A DNA stretch of 64,000 nt, taken from an uncultured Nitrospiraceae bacterium (GTDB taxonomy: Bacteria > Nitrospirota > Nitrospiria > Nitrospirales > Nitrospiraceae). The translations under genes and the position numbers were made by a program. The stretch covers positions 640,001 to 704,000 of the forward strand of contig CAVSTP010000002.1 in NCBI GenBank assembly GCA_963730935.1, given 5' to 3'. Position 1 is the first letter of the stretch; every line of letters begins with the position of its first letter. Positions 29,498-38,346 of the stretch are shown here, piece after piece. The notes below the pieces were generated by a model that was given only the letters and a program-made list of their open reading frames with translations, was not told the origin of the DNA and did not search any database.

Positions 29498-30010
29498 TCA
29501 TACCGCGTGGCTCAAGACCTCCTCGGGAGCCTCGAAGGTGTTCGGGCCAACTTTGCGGAAGCGCTTATCCCGCTTTAGCGAAGTCGCCACAGACGTGAGC
29601 GGCGTTTTGCCCTTGATGTGCAGCCCGCCCTCGACCAGACGCTGGACGAGTTCCTTGGCATGCATGGCGCGGTTCGCCTCACGCAACACCTGATAGGCCG
29701 CTTCCGGAACGCTCTTCCCGGCATATTTACTCCGTCCTAGAAGAATTTCCCGTGATTGATCCGTGACATCGACAGGAAGGGCACGAGCGCCCTTTTCGTC
29801 GGTGATGAGCTGCGTCGACAGGGTCGCCAGCTTCGCCTTATCCGCCTCCACGCGATGCAGCGTCTCAGCGAGTTCCAAGTATTTCTTGATGGTGGCGATT
29901 TCGTCGTCGAGCCGACGACGTTTTTTTTCGTGTTCGTGGAGTCGATTCTTGTAGGCGTTGATGCGCTGTTCAAGTCCGACCAGAATATCGGTGAGCTCTT
30001 CCAAGGACAC
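29498..30010 (-). CDS. Coiled-coil plus HARE-HTH-like winged-helix protein
   Basis: EAAYQVLREANRAMHAKEL...GKTP..S.. pattern; GTG start at 30010 inferred. Confidence 0.7.
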   Translation of the reverse strand: MSLEELTDILVGLEQRINAYKNRLHEHEKKRRRLDDEIATIKKYLELAETLHRVEADKAKLATLSTQLITDEKGARALPVDVTDQSREILLGRSKYAGKSVPEAAYQVLREANRAMHAKELVQRLVEGGLHIKGKTPLTSVATSLKRDKRFRKVGPNTFEAPEEVLSHAV

Positions 30011-30128
30011 TCTCCCGAGAAAGCATACTTGCTTTATATGCTTGCTCGCAGAGCAAGTCAATAGCATGACTCAAGAAAATGGCTTGCATGCATCAATGAA
30101 CGAATCGTGTGCCATGTTAAGATCACGC

Positions 30129-30944
30129 ATGCTGCACTCTGAAGACGCTCAGGTCTCGACTGACCGCTTGCGTTCGGTTGCGGTAGAGGCCTCTACCGCC
30201 GCCGGCAAGGTGTTGCTGAACTACGCGCGGTCGGGATTCCACATTCAACGCAAGAACCCGATCAATTTGGTTACCGATGCTGACCACGCGGCGGAAGAAT
30301 GCATTATCGATCATGTCCGCCGGCATTTCCCGAGCCATCGCACGCTCGCGGAAGAACGAGGAGTCGGAGTGGACACACCATCGCGTTACCGCTGGATCAT
30401 CGACCCTCTGGACGGCACCACGAATTTTGCGCACGGATTTCCTTTCTATGCCGTTTCGATCGGGGTCGAATGCGATGGCGAATTGCTCGTTGGCGTGGTG
30501 TATGACCCCACGCGTGAGGAATTGTTTACTGCAGAAACTGGCCGGGGAGCCCGCTTGAACGGCGGATTAATTGCCGTCTCGCACACCGCGCAGCTCGAGG
30601 CGGCCCTCACCGTCACCGGCTTTGCCTATGACATCCGCGACACGCCCAACAACAACCTTGATCACTTCGCGCGCTTCGCGCTCAAGGCTCAGGGCGTGCG
30701 GCGCACCGGTAGCGCAGCTCTGGATCTTTGTTATGTCGCGGCGGGCCGCTTCGATGGATTTTGGGAGGTCAAACTCAGCCCCTGGGACATGGCCGCAGGA
30801 GCAGTGATCGTGCGGGAAGCCGGAGGACGCATCACCGATCTCTGCGGCAATACCCATTCGATCTATCAGCCGGAACTCGTGGCAAGCAACGGCCGGATTC
30901 ATCACGAAATGCTCGAGGTCATAGGGGAAAATCTGCGGTCCTAA
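30129..30944 (+). CDS. suhB: Inositol monophosphatase family protein
   Basis: LVTDAD, AEE, WIIDPLDGTTNF, RRTGSAALD, PWDMAAG. Confidence 0.93.
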   Translation: MLHSEDAQVSTDRLRSVAVEASTAAGKVLLNYARSGFHIQRKNPINLVTDADHAAEECIIDHVRRHFPSHRTLAEERGVGVDTPSRYRWIIDPLDGTTNFAHGFPFYAVSIGVECDGELLVGVVYDPTREELFTAETGRGARLNGGLIAVSHTAQLEAALTVTGFAYDIRDTPNNNLDHFARFALKAQGVRRTGSAALDLCYVAAGRFDGFWEVKLSPWDMAAGAVIVREAGGRITDLCGNTHSIYQPELVASNGRIHHEMLEVIGENLRS

Positions 30945-31042
30945 TGCTCGCCGTGGTACAGCGGTCTCGCAACAGATTGGCAATATACAGATCGAATCAC
31001 ACTGCGATATGATGAGAGAGGGAACTACAGGGAGTACAACGC

Positions 31043-31324
31043 ATGGCCACATCAACACCTCCGTCAGGCTCATCCAACGGCCAACCTCAATCCGCCGGAG
31101 CTGAAGCAACCTCATGGGACGTCGAGTTGCTTCGCGTCCTGGTCAGCCGCAACGGCTCACAGGTTGAGGCGCAATGGGCAATCCACCCGCAACTCAAACA
31201 GGATCTCCTGCCGCATGAATGGCAGGAAGTCAGCGATTTGATGGCGAAAGTGTCTGCCATTGTCGGAAGTCGGTTTTCCCAGGTCCTGTCTCAAGCCGAT
31301 CCGGAACCTCCAAGCAACGCGTAA
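31043..31324 (+). CDS. Hypothetical protein
   Basis: 93-aa ORF with GGAG RBS. Confidence 0.65.
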   Translation: MATSTPPSGSSNGQPQSAGAEATSWDVELLRVLVSRNGSQVEAQWAIHPQLKQDLLPHEWQEVSDLMAKVSAIVGSRFSQVLSQADPEPPSNA

Positions 31325-31367
31325 TCACTCGTCAACGCGGTCTATCCATTCACGAGGGGAGCGTCGT

Positions 31368-31700
31368 ATGGACACCTATTACCATCCGCATGATTTAAAC
31401 AAGTTTGCAGACATGGGCAAAGGCAATGCAGCGCTCTGGGACAAGTTCATGAGTTATTACAGCGCAGTCTTTGCCGAAGGAGCGTTGACCGAGCGAGAAA
31501 AGGCGCTCATCGCATTGGCAGTCGCCCACACGGTGCAGTGCCCCTATTGCATCGATGCCTACACACAGGCATCGCTGGAAAAGGGGTCGAACGTGGAGGA
31601 AATGACCGAAGCCGTGCACGTGGCTTGTGCCATTCGGGGCGGAGCCTCACTGGTGCACGGTGTGCAGATGCGGAACGTGAACGAGAAGCTGTCCATGTAG
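31368..31700 (+). CDS. AhpD/carboxymuconolactone decarboxylase family peroxidase-like protein
   Basis: GALTEREKALIALAVAH..QCPYCIDAY. Confidence 0.9.
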   Translation: MDTYYHPHDLNKFADMGKGNAALWDKFMSYYSAVFAEGALTEREKALIALAVAHTVQCPYCIDAYTQASLEKGSNVEEMTEAVHVACAIRGGASLVHGVQMRNVNEKLSM

Positions 31701-31730
31701 AAACAAAGGAGTGGCGAACCAGTGTGCCGG

Positions 31731-31898
31731 CGGGATGCTCAAAAACGCCGGTGGTTAGGCCGCAGGGACCTTGGACGCCGACGCGTACGGTTGTGGGTAC
31801 GTTGAGGCGGACAGGCGACTGAGGACGCAGCTCGGTGCAGGACGCGTCTCGGCGCGCCGGGGTGGGCGGGTGAGAAGGACGGCTTTTTCAGCATCCTG
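31731..31898. repeat. MITE/REP-like palindromic intergenic element, copy 1
   Basis: Ends GGATGCTCAAAAA and TTTTTCAGCATCC; core GCGTCTCGGCGCGCCGGGGTGGGCGGGTGAGAA shared with 36660-36835. Confidence 0.8.
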
Positions 31899-33743
31899 CT
31901 ACAGGTAAGGATGCTCTGGGATGGCAAGCGTGAAATACTTGCCACGCTCTTCGTATAGCACCCGCCTGGTGGTCAGGTCGACCAATGCCGATTCCAGTGG
32001 CTCTCGATCGGTCTTGGACTCATCGAGTGTTGCGCGGATCTGATCGAGACTCTTTGGTGACTCGTTGCACATCTCAATAAGGACGGCGGCCAGCCCATCG
32101 TACCGGCGTCGCGTGGGAGCCTTGGGGTTCCGCCCGTCGTATACCGTGACATACCCCAACGCCTTCGAATAATACAGAAACGGACGGTCATTCGAGGCAT
32201 GGAGCCGCTGCCATCCCTCGACCGAGGACACCAGTTCTTGGTAGACATGCGGATCGATCGGCCAGTTCTCTAATTCGTACTCGAAGTCGTACGCGATTTT
32301 CATCAAGTCCACCTGCAGGGCATCATACACATATTCATAGGCCAATCCCGGGCCCGTCATCCGCACGCCGTAATCGTGTGGTCTGGCATAGTACGGGCTG
32401 AACCGTTCCAACCAGAATTTCCCCGTGGCTTCCGGCGGCTGCAAATGGACTAAAGACGGAATCAAGTCGATTTGGTGCAGATAATCGCCGTTGGTTTCGC
32501 CGGGAAAGCCCAACAGAATATTCCAGGACACCGCAATCCGGTAATAATAGCTCCATTTGAGGCAAACGATGTTCTGCATCGGCGTGACGCCTTTGTCCAT
32601 CGCTTTGAGCTGAGTGGCGCTCAAGCTTTCGAGACCGGGCTGCATGCACTTCACTCCGCCCAGCGCCAAGGTCCTGATCTGGGATTTCTGAAGATTGCTC
32701 TTGGTCTCGATGAAGACGTCAAGGTCGCAGTGCTCGGCGGCAAACTTCCCGAAGAGCTGGTCGATGTATTTCATGTCGATGATGTTATCGACCAGTCGGA
32801 AGCGAGCCGTATCGTACCGGTGAGAAAGGTACGTCATTTCGCGAGCGACCTGATCGGGCGGTTTGGCGCGAAACCTCATACTTTGGGCATTGAGTCCGCA
32901 GAATGTGCAATGATGTTTTTCGCCCCACCAACAGCCGCGGGAACCTTCGTACAAGAGAATCCGATCGAGGCCTTGGGCCGTGTCGCCCAACTCAGCCAGC
33001 AAATGGTAATAGTCGTCATAGTCAGGCGGACCGGTCCGCGCAAAGTCGGTGAAAAGCGCGGGGGTCGGCGTCAGCCGGACTTGACCGTCCTGGCGAAACG
33101 CCACTCCCGGTGGACACACAGTGGAGCGTCCTGCCAGCACCTGCTGAGCGAGCTCCGGAAACGCGACTTCGCCTTCCCCCACGACCACGTGGTCGATGAA
33201 GGGAAACGCTCGAAAGTACTCCAATCCCATCTCTCCATCGTAGTTGGCTCCTCCGAACACGATGGTCACTTCGGGGTAGAGATCTTTGATCAGCTTGGCC
33301 ATCGTGAGACTCGCCACGTTCTGATCGAACGTGGAGGTGAACCCGACGAGCTTATAGCGGCCCCAATCGATCGCGGTCAGTGCCCACGTCAGAAACTGCG
33401 GCGCGATTTTCGTGGCCATTTCCTCGAAATAGCCGATCGGCTGTCCGCTCTGTTGGGCGATTTGTTCGAAGACGGGCTTGAAGACTCGTGGGTATTCCGC
33501 TCGCTTGGGGTTGTCACGGAACAGCAGGTAGGAAAACAGCCATTCGCCGAAGAGCGCGCGCTTCTCACAAATGAGCTCGTACAGCGGCACGCCGATCTTG
33601 TGAGCGAACCGTACGTTCAAGTGGTGGCAATCGACCGCGATACCTTGGGATTTGAGCAACGCCGAAAGGGTGCCGAGCTGGATGGACGGATATTTCGAGA
33701 AGCTGAACGGCATGTTGACGAGCGCCACCTGCGCGTCGTCCAT
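31899..33743 (-). CDS. B12-binding radical SAM enzyme, RiPP-maturation type (TIGR03975-like)
   Basis: MPF...PSIQLG.L, FGGAN, SRGCWWGEKHHCTFCGLN (Cx7Cx2C), QPGLES, WNILLGFPGE, ERFSPY. Confidence 0.9.
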   Translation of the reverse strand: MDDAQVALVNMPFSFSKYPSIQLGTLSALLKSQGIAVDCHHLNVRFAHKIGVPLYELICEKRALFGEWLFSYLLFRDNPKRAEYPRVFKPVFEQIAQQSGQPIGYFEEMATKIAPQFLTWALTAIDWGRYKLVGFTSTFDQNVASLTMAKLIKDLYPEVTIVFGGANYDGEMGLEYFRAFPFIDHVVVGEGEVAFPELAQQVLAGRSTVCPPGVAFRQDGQVRLTPTPALFTDFARTGPPDYDDYYHLLAELGDTAQGLDRILLYEGSRGCWWGEKHHCTFCGLNAQSMRFRAKPPDQVAREMTYLSHRYDTARFRLVDNIIDMKYIDQLFGKFAAEHCDLDVFIETKSNLQKSQIRTLALGGVKCMQPGLESLSATQLKAMDKGVTPMQNIVCLKWSYYYRIAVSWNILLGFPGETNGDYLHQIDLIPSLVHLQPPEATGKFWLERFSPYYARPHDYGVRMTGPGLAYEYVYDALQVDLMKIAYDFEYELENWPIDPHVYQELVSSVEGWQRLHASNDRPFLYYSKALGYVTVYDGRNPKAPTRRRYDGLAAVLIEMCNESPKSLDQIRATLDESKTDREPLESALVDLTTRRVLYEERGKYFTLAIPEHPYL

Positions 33744-33783
33744 CGCATGCCCTGTCGAATTCGCGTCGTGAGTCACTCTGTGA

Positions 33784-34137
33784 TCACCCACTCGCCATCG
33801 CTCGAAACGGTTCAAATTCCCTGTCGGCCTTTGCCGCCAGGTAAAAATCGCTTTCGGTTAGTCCATTGATCTTATGCGTCCAGATTTCAATCTTGCATTT
33901 TCCCCACGACAAGTGGAGATCGGGATGATGGCCCTCGGCTTCGGCCACGGCACCCACCTTGTTGACGAAGGCCAAGGCCTGCGCGAAGTCTTTGAAGGTA
34001 TACAGTCGTTCGAGATGGCCTTCAGGGCTCAAGGACCACCCGCGGCCGAGTTCCTTCAATAACGCCTGTACCCGATCATTGGGAAGCGGGGGCACACCGC
34101 CGCGGCAGGGGACACATTTGTTGTCAGCAAGACCCAT
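33784..34137 (-). CDS. phhB: Pterin-4a-carbinolamine dehydratase
   Basis: AEAEGHHPD, WTHKINGLTESDF.LAAK. Confidence 0.93.
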   Translation of the reverse strand: MGLADNKCVPCRGGVPPLPNDRVQALLKELGRGWSLSPEGHLERLYTFKDFAQALAFVNKVGAVAEAEGHHPDLHLSWGKCKIEIWTHKINGLTESDFYLAAKADREFEPFRAMASG

Positions 34138-34199
34138 AGCGGCCTCCCGGGTTAGCAGCGAGTGATTATTGTACGGGGGGTTTTACGAGAGAAACAAGT

Positions 34200-34228
34200 C
34201 GGGAAGCGGGAAGCGGGAAGCGGGAAGC
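34200..34228. repeat. Heptamer tandem repeat (CGGGAAG)4
   Basis: Read directly, immediately after the stop codon of the ParB-like gene. Confidence 0.9.
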
Positions 34229-34229
34229 G

Positions 34230-35222
34230 CTACTCGGACTCGTCCGGCGCGCCTCCCGATCTGGCAAGATCGTCCATCTTGATCTTGTCTGGATTGAATT
34301 TAGCAGCGGCCTGCATCATGCGGTCCAGAGCGTCGTCGAAGGAGAGAGGAGGGGCATCCTTGGGCCGGAAACGGACCGGATTGACTCGTGCGACGACGAA
34401 GCTTTTAAGGTAGGGACTGGTCAGCCCTTTTGCCTTGAGGATCTCGACCTGTTTGACAATGCTATCGTCCAGCCCCAAGAGCTTCCGAGCCCGTTCATAC
34501 CGCGACTCGATGGCCGTCCGCAACGGCTTCTTCAGAAATTCCTCGACCCGTTTGAGCACGGGATGGTAGGCCCCTCCGCTGAATCGCGGCCGTTCTTCAT
34601 AGCAGAGTCCCAACGTGATCAACGCCGGCTCCTCGAATTCCAACGCATACGCCTCTTCGGTCGCATGGTCCAATTGCATGAGCTCCTTGTACATGCGAAT
34701 CACTTCGAGGGCCTTTTCACGGAGGTTATGGGCCTTCTCAGTATTGAGCGCCAGAATCTGATAGGCGGCGGCCGGTTCCGGAACCACGAGCGACACTATG
34801 GTTTTCGCTCCCAGGGTGCGCATGGCCGAGAGACGATGGTGCCCGTTCGGCGTCCAATATTTTGCCGCCTGGTCCTTCGGCACACGGACCGAGATAATCG
34901 GATCGAGGAACCGGCCGAGCTTTCCGATTACCGCTTCAAGTTTTCTCACATGGGTATCGGACAGGTTGCGCTGATACGGCGTCGGCTCCACCAGGGCGAT
35001 CGGCAGTGCCGCAAGCACGAGCCAATGACCTCCATACGGTTCCCGGTACACCGCGAGGGCCTTGCCGCCATCCTCTTCGATCGCCCGGTGCAGCTCTGCC
35101 ACTTCGCCTGGGGGAGCCGCCGCTTGCAGTTCCGTGGCGGCCAGGCCGGTGGACTGCCCGGCCGGCTTCCGTCTGCGCCTGGCCCCGGCAGCGGGAGCCT
35201 TTTTCTTCGGCTTCTCAGCCAT
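34230..35222 (-). CDS. ParB/Srx N-terminal-domain protein
   Basis: PTPYQR, FLDPII, NGHHRL, LNTEK; basic N-terminal tail. Confidence 0.8.
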   Translation of the reverse strand: MAEKPKKKAPAAGARRRRKPAGQSTGLAATELQAAAPPGEVAELHRAIEEDGGKALAVYREPYGGHWLVLAALPIALVEPTPYQRNLSDTHVRKLEAVIGKLGRFLDPIISVRVPKDQAAKYWTPNGHHRLSAMRTLGAKTIVSLVVPEPAAAYQILALNTEKAHNLREKALEVIRMYKELMQLDHATEEAYALEFEEPALITLGLCYEERPRFSGGAYHPVLKRVEEFLKKPLRTAIESRYERARKLLGLDDSIVKQVEILKAKGLTSPYLKSFVVARVNPVRFRPKDAPPLSFDDALDRMMQAAAKFNPDKIKMDDLARSGGAPDESE

Positions 35223-35267
35223 CAGCGGATATGGTAGGAGAGTCGCCCGACAAAAGAAAGGCCCGAC

Positions 35268-36608
35268 GTGCCTCCCTTCAGCACACGCATCGACACCATC
35301 GGCTGGTTTACCGCGAGCTGCCTTCTCATCAGCAACATCATCGGGGGCGGCATCTTCACGACCACAGGGCTGTTGGCGAGAGATCTCGGCGATCCGATGC
35401 TGATTCTCTTGCTCTGGAGCGTGGGCGGCTTCTTTGCGATCGGCGGTGCGATGGTCTACGGCGAGCTCGGCTCGCGGCTTCCACATGCTGGAGGCGATTA
35501 TGTATATCTGCGCGAAGCCTATGGACCGTTGGTGGCCTTTCTCAGCGGCTGGACGTCGTTTACGATCGGCTTCGGCGCGGCCGTCGCCGCGTCCGCCATC
35601 AGTTTTTCCGCCTATGCCTTCAGAATCCTTCCCGTCATGGACGAGACTGGTTGGCGGGCCAAAGGGCTATCGCTGGCGTTGTTGTGGCTCGTGACGCTGG
35701 TCCATTGCAGAGGCCTGGCTGGCGGCGGCCGGTTGCAGCGCATGATTACGAGCACCAAGGTGCTGGCCATCGGAGTCCTGATTCTGGGCGGCTTATCGGC
35801 GAGCGCTGGGCATTGGGGCTGGTTGTCGGACCGGCAAGTAGTCGAATCTCCGAAGGTGGGGTCCCTCGCCGTCGCGCTCGTGATCGTGATCTATTGTTAT
35901 CTCGGGTGGAACGTGGCCGGGTTTATTGCCACCGAAATCGCCAACCCTCGCCGTACGCTGCCGAGAGTGATGATCGGCGGTACGGCGTTCGTTGCGGCCA
36001 TCTATGTACTGTTGAACCTCGTGTATCTGTCCGCCTTGTCGGTCGCCGAGTTAGCGCAGGAACCCATCGTGCCGGTCGCCGAGAAATCTGCGGCGGCCTT
36101 ATGGGGAGCAGATAGCGGACACTTAGTCGCGGCATTACTCTGCCTTTCCATTGCCGGAGCGGTCAGCGCCATGACCTGGGCCGGCCCACGTGTCTACTGG
36201 GCCATGGCGCAAGACGGCGCGATCACCCCATGGCTGGCCTACCGCCATCCCGAAACCGGCGTCCCCGCACGTGCGATTCTCTTTCAAACGCTCTGGGCTT
36301 CAGCGCTGATCGTGAGCGGCACCTTCGAGCAATTGATCATCTACAGTGGAATGGTGCTAGCATTCTTCATGGGGCTGACCCTGTCGGCCATCTTCCCTCT
36401 TCGTTCGAGAAGTCAGGATCCGTGCCCCGCCTACCGTAGTCCGTGGTATCCGGTGTTGCCGGCTCTGCTCGTCTCCGGGGCCATGTTGGTGGTGGGCTCG
36501 AGCTTCTTGCAGCGACCGGTCGAAGCCTTCTATGGAGCGCTGACCGTGGTGGGCGGCCTTCCGCTTTATTTTTATTGGAGACGAAGGAAGGCGCTACATG
36601 GGCAATAG
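35268..36608 (+). CDS. APC-family amino acid permease
   Basis: IIGGGIF, YGELG..LPHAGGDYVYL, multiple TM helices. Confidence 0.92.
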   Translation: MPPFSTRIDTIGWFTASCLLISNIIGGGIFTTTGLLARDLGDPMLILLLWSVGGFFAIGGAMVYGELGSRLPHAGGDYVYLREAYGPLVAFLSGWTSFTIGFGAAVAASAISFSAYAFRILPVMDETGWRAKGLSLALLWLVTLVHCRGLAGGGRLQRMITSTKVLAIGVLILGGLSASAGHWGWLSDRQVVESPKVGSLAVALVIVIYCYLGWNVAGFIATEIANPRRTLPRVMIGGTAFVAAIYVLLNLVYLSALSVAELAQEPIVPVAEKSAAALWGADSGHLVAALLCLSIAGAVSAMTWAGPRVYWAMAQDGAITPWLAYRHPETGVPARAILFQTLWASALIVSGTFEQLIIYSGMVLAFFMGLTLSAIFPLRSRSQDPCPAYRSPWYPVLPALLVSGAMLVVGSSFLQRPVEAFYGALTVVGGLPLYFYWRRRKALHGQ

Positions 36609-36659
36609 GGGTGTAATAGTGAAACTCCGGCGTCCCGTTTCATAAAATGGAGATGCTGA

Positions 36660-36835
36660 GCGGATACTCAAAAAGGCCGATATTCTCACCCACCCGATCC
36701 CACCGCGTCCAGGACGCGCCTTCCCAGGCAAGGCCGCAACGAGAGAGAGCGATGTGAAAACGAAGCTCGGTGAAAGGCGCGTCTCGGCGCGCCGGGGAGG
36801 GCGGGTGAGAATGTCAGGCCTTTCTCAGTATCCGC
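36660..36835. repeat. MITE/REP-like palindromic intergenic element, copy 2
   Basis: Terminal inverted repeats GCGGATACTCAAAAAGGCC / GGCCTTTCTCAGTATCCGC plus internal inverted arms. Confidence 0.8.
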
Positions 36836-36881
36836 AAAAATGACACGGGCGACCTTGCACTATGGTGGGAGGTCGCCCGTG
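36836..36881 (-). terminator. Intrinsic terminator
   Basis: CACGGGCGACC/GGTCGCCCGTG stem followed by TCATTTTT on the minus strand. Confidence 0.7.
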
Positions 36882-36885
36882 GTCG

Positions 36886-37272
36886 GCGCTTAGGACGCCG
36901 GAACTGCTATTGAATTGTTGCGGCCCGAAAGACCCGCCCGAGGCCAGGTTCTGCGAGTTTCCAGTCGGGGGAGACGTCGTCAATCCCAGGCGCTTATGTT
37001 CCTCGCGCCGCGACGAATGCTCCGACGAAGCAGGCTGATATCCAGTTGGTCTATGGTGCCTTCACGGCACAGCCAGCGGAGATCCGGCTAGCGCGACCGA
37101 CGAGAAACCCGCCCTCGCATCGGCGGGCCTGACAAGCCAGGTGGAGTCGCGTCGTCCATGTCCACCCTCCTCTCTTGGTGAAGTCAACGGGAGACCTGGA
37201 TGACAGCCGCGCGGTCTGTCCGATCTCTCGCACTTCAATGGGGCTTCAGGGCCGCAGTTCCCGTCCTACGCT
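36886..37272 (-). ncRNA. Candidate large structured non-coding RNA of unassigned family
   Basis: Nested end-to-end helices and at least five internal hairpins, upstream promoter-like motifs, downstream terminator, no long credible ORF. Confidence 0.6.
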
Positions 37273-37366
37273 CATTAGATGATCGTGTCAATGGGGGTCA
37301 GAATTTTATTGCCTGTCGCCATGACGCATATCCCGTACCAAACGATATGGGGTCAGAATTGAGGAT

Positions 37367-38194
37367 TTAGACAATCCGGAGTTTGGAAAAATCGACGCCG
37401 GGGAGAGGGGGTGGTAGCTTCAGTTTCATCTCGGCGAGCGCATGGAGGACGCGATCCGCAACCACCAGGTTGCGGAACCATTTTCGGTTAGCCGGCACGA
37501 TGTACCACGGGGCGCAATCGGTACTGGTTACCGATATCACGTCTTCAAACGCCCTCATGTATTTTCCCCAGAACTTCCGTTCTTCGAGGTCACCGGAATT
37601 CCACTTCCAGCGTTTCTCCGGGTCTTGAATTCGCTCCTCCAGCCGCTTCTTTTGTTCTTTCTTGGAGATGTGCAGGAAAAATTTCAGTACGGCCGTGCCG
37701 TTTTCCACCAACATTTCCTCGAATTCTCGAATTTGGTCGAACCGGCGTTTTACCACTCGGTCGGGTACCCAGCCGTGCACGCGCGTTATCAGCACATCTT
37801 CGTAATGAGATCGATTAAAAATGCCGATAAATCCTTTCGGCGGAACCTCTCGGTGTACACGCCACAAAAAGTCACGAGCCAGTTCGTCCTTAGACGGGGC
37901 TTTGAACGAGACGACTTTGCAGCCCTGCGGGTTTACCCCGGACATCACATGCTTGATCGTGCCGTCTTTTCCGCTCGTATCCATGCCTTGCAGCACGATC
38001 AACAACGACCGGCTGCTATTCGCATACAGCCGTTCTTGCAGTTGGCCAAGTCTGGCGACCCACCGTTCAACCTCTTTTTTTGCAGCCGTTTTCCCATCGT
38101 CGTTCTTCTTGTAGTCGCCGGTGTCATCGGGATCATAGTCTTTCAATCGCACCCGGCTGTCAGGCTTCACCCGATAACGGTTCATCGCGCTCAT
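37367..38194 (-). CDS. ppk2: Polyphosphate kinase 2 family protein
   Basis: QGMDTSGKDG, FNRSHYEDV, KFFLHISK, PWYIVPANRKW. Confidence 0.95.
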   Translation of the reverse strand: MSAMNRYRVKPDSRVRLKDYDPDDTGDYKKNDDGKTAAKKEVERWVARLGQLQERLYANSSRSLLIVLQGMDTSGKDGTIKHVMSGVNPQGCKVVSFKAPSKDELARDFLWRVHREVPPKGFIGIFNRSHYEDVLITRVHGWVPDRVVKRRFDQIREFEEMLVENGTAVLKFFLHISKKEQKKRLEERIQDPEKRWKWNSGDLEERKFWGKYMRAFEDVISVTSTDCAPWYIVPANRKWFRNLVVADRVLHALAEMKLKLPPPLPGVDFSKLRIV

Positions 38195-38346
38195 CCTTTA
38201 CGGAAAGGCGTTCGGTGCCGATCTGCAGTGCGCCCCACTATACTTCCGAGGAGCAACCGCTTCTACCACTTTTCGCAGCCGTCCCTCTGACGACCTGAAC
38301 TGCACACGCCACCATCGCGTATGACCTCTGGAGATAGGGATGGGGG

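Noticed and set aside
32472..33869. 465-aa plus-strand ORF, and similar long ORFs at 46954-48426, 48520-49425, 49829-50749 and 56755-57783
   Set aside because: Antisense shadows of well-supported genes, expected in GC-rich DNA
36886..37272. RNase P RNA, SRP RNA, 6S RNA or group II intron
   Set aside because: Only superficial similarity (CAGAACCTGGC, GTGCG); the hallmark GAGGAAAGTCC, SRP loop and domain V motifs are absent, and the size and branching do not fit 6S
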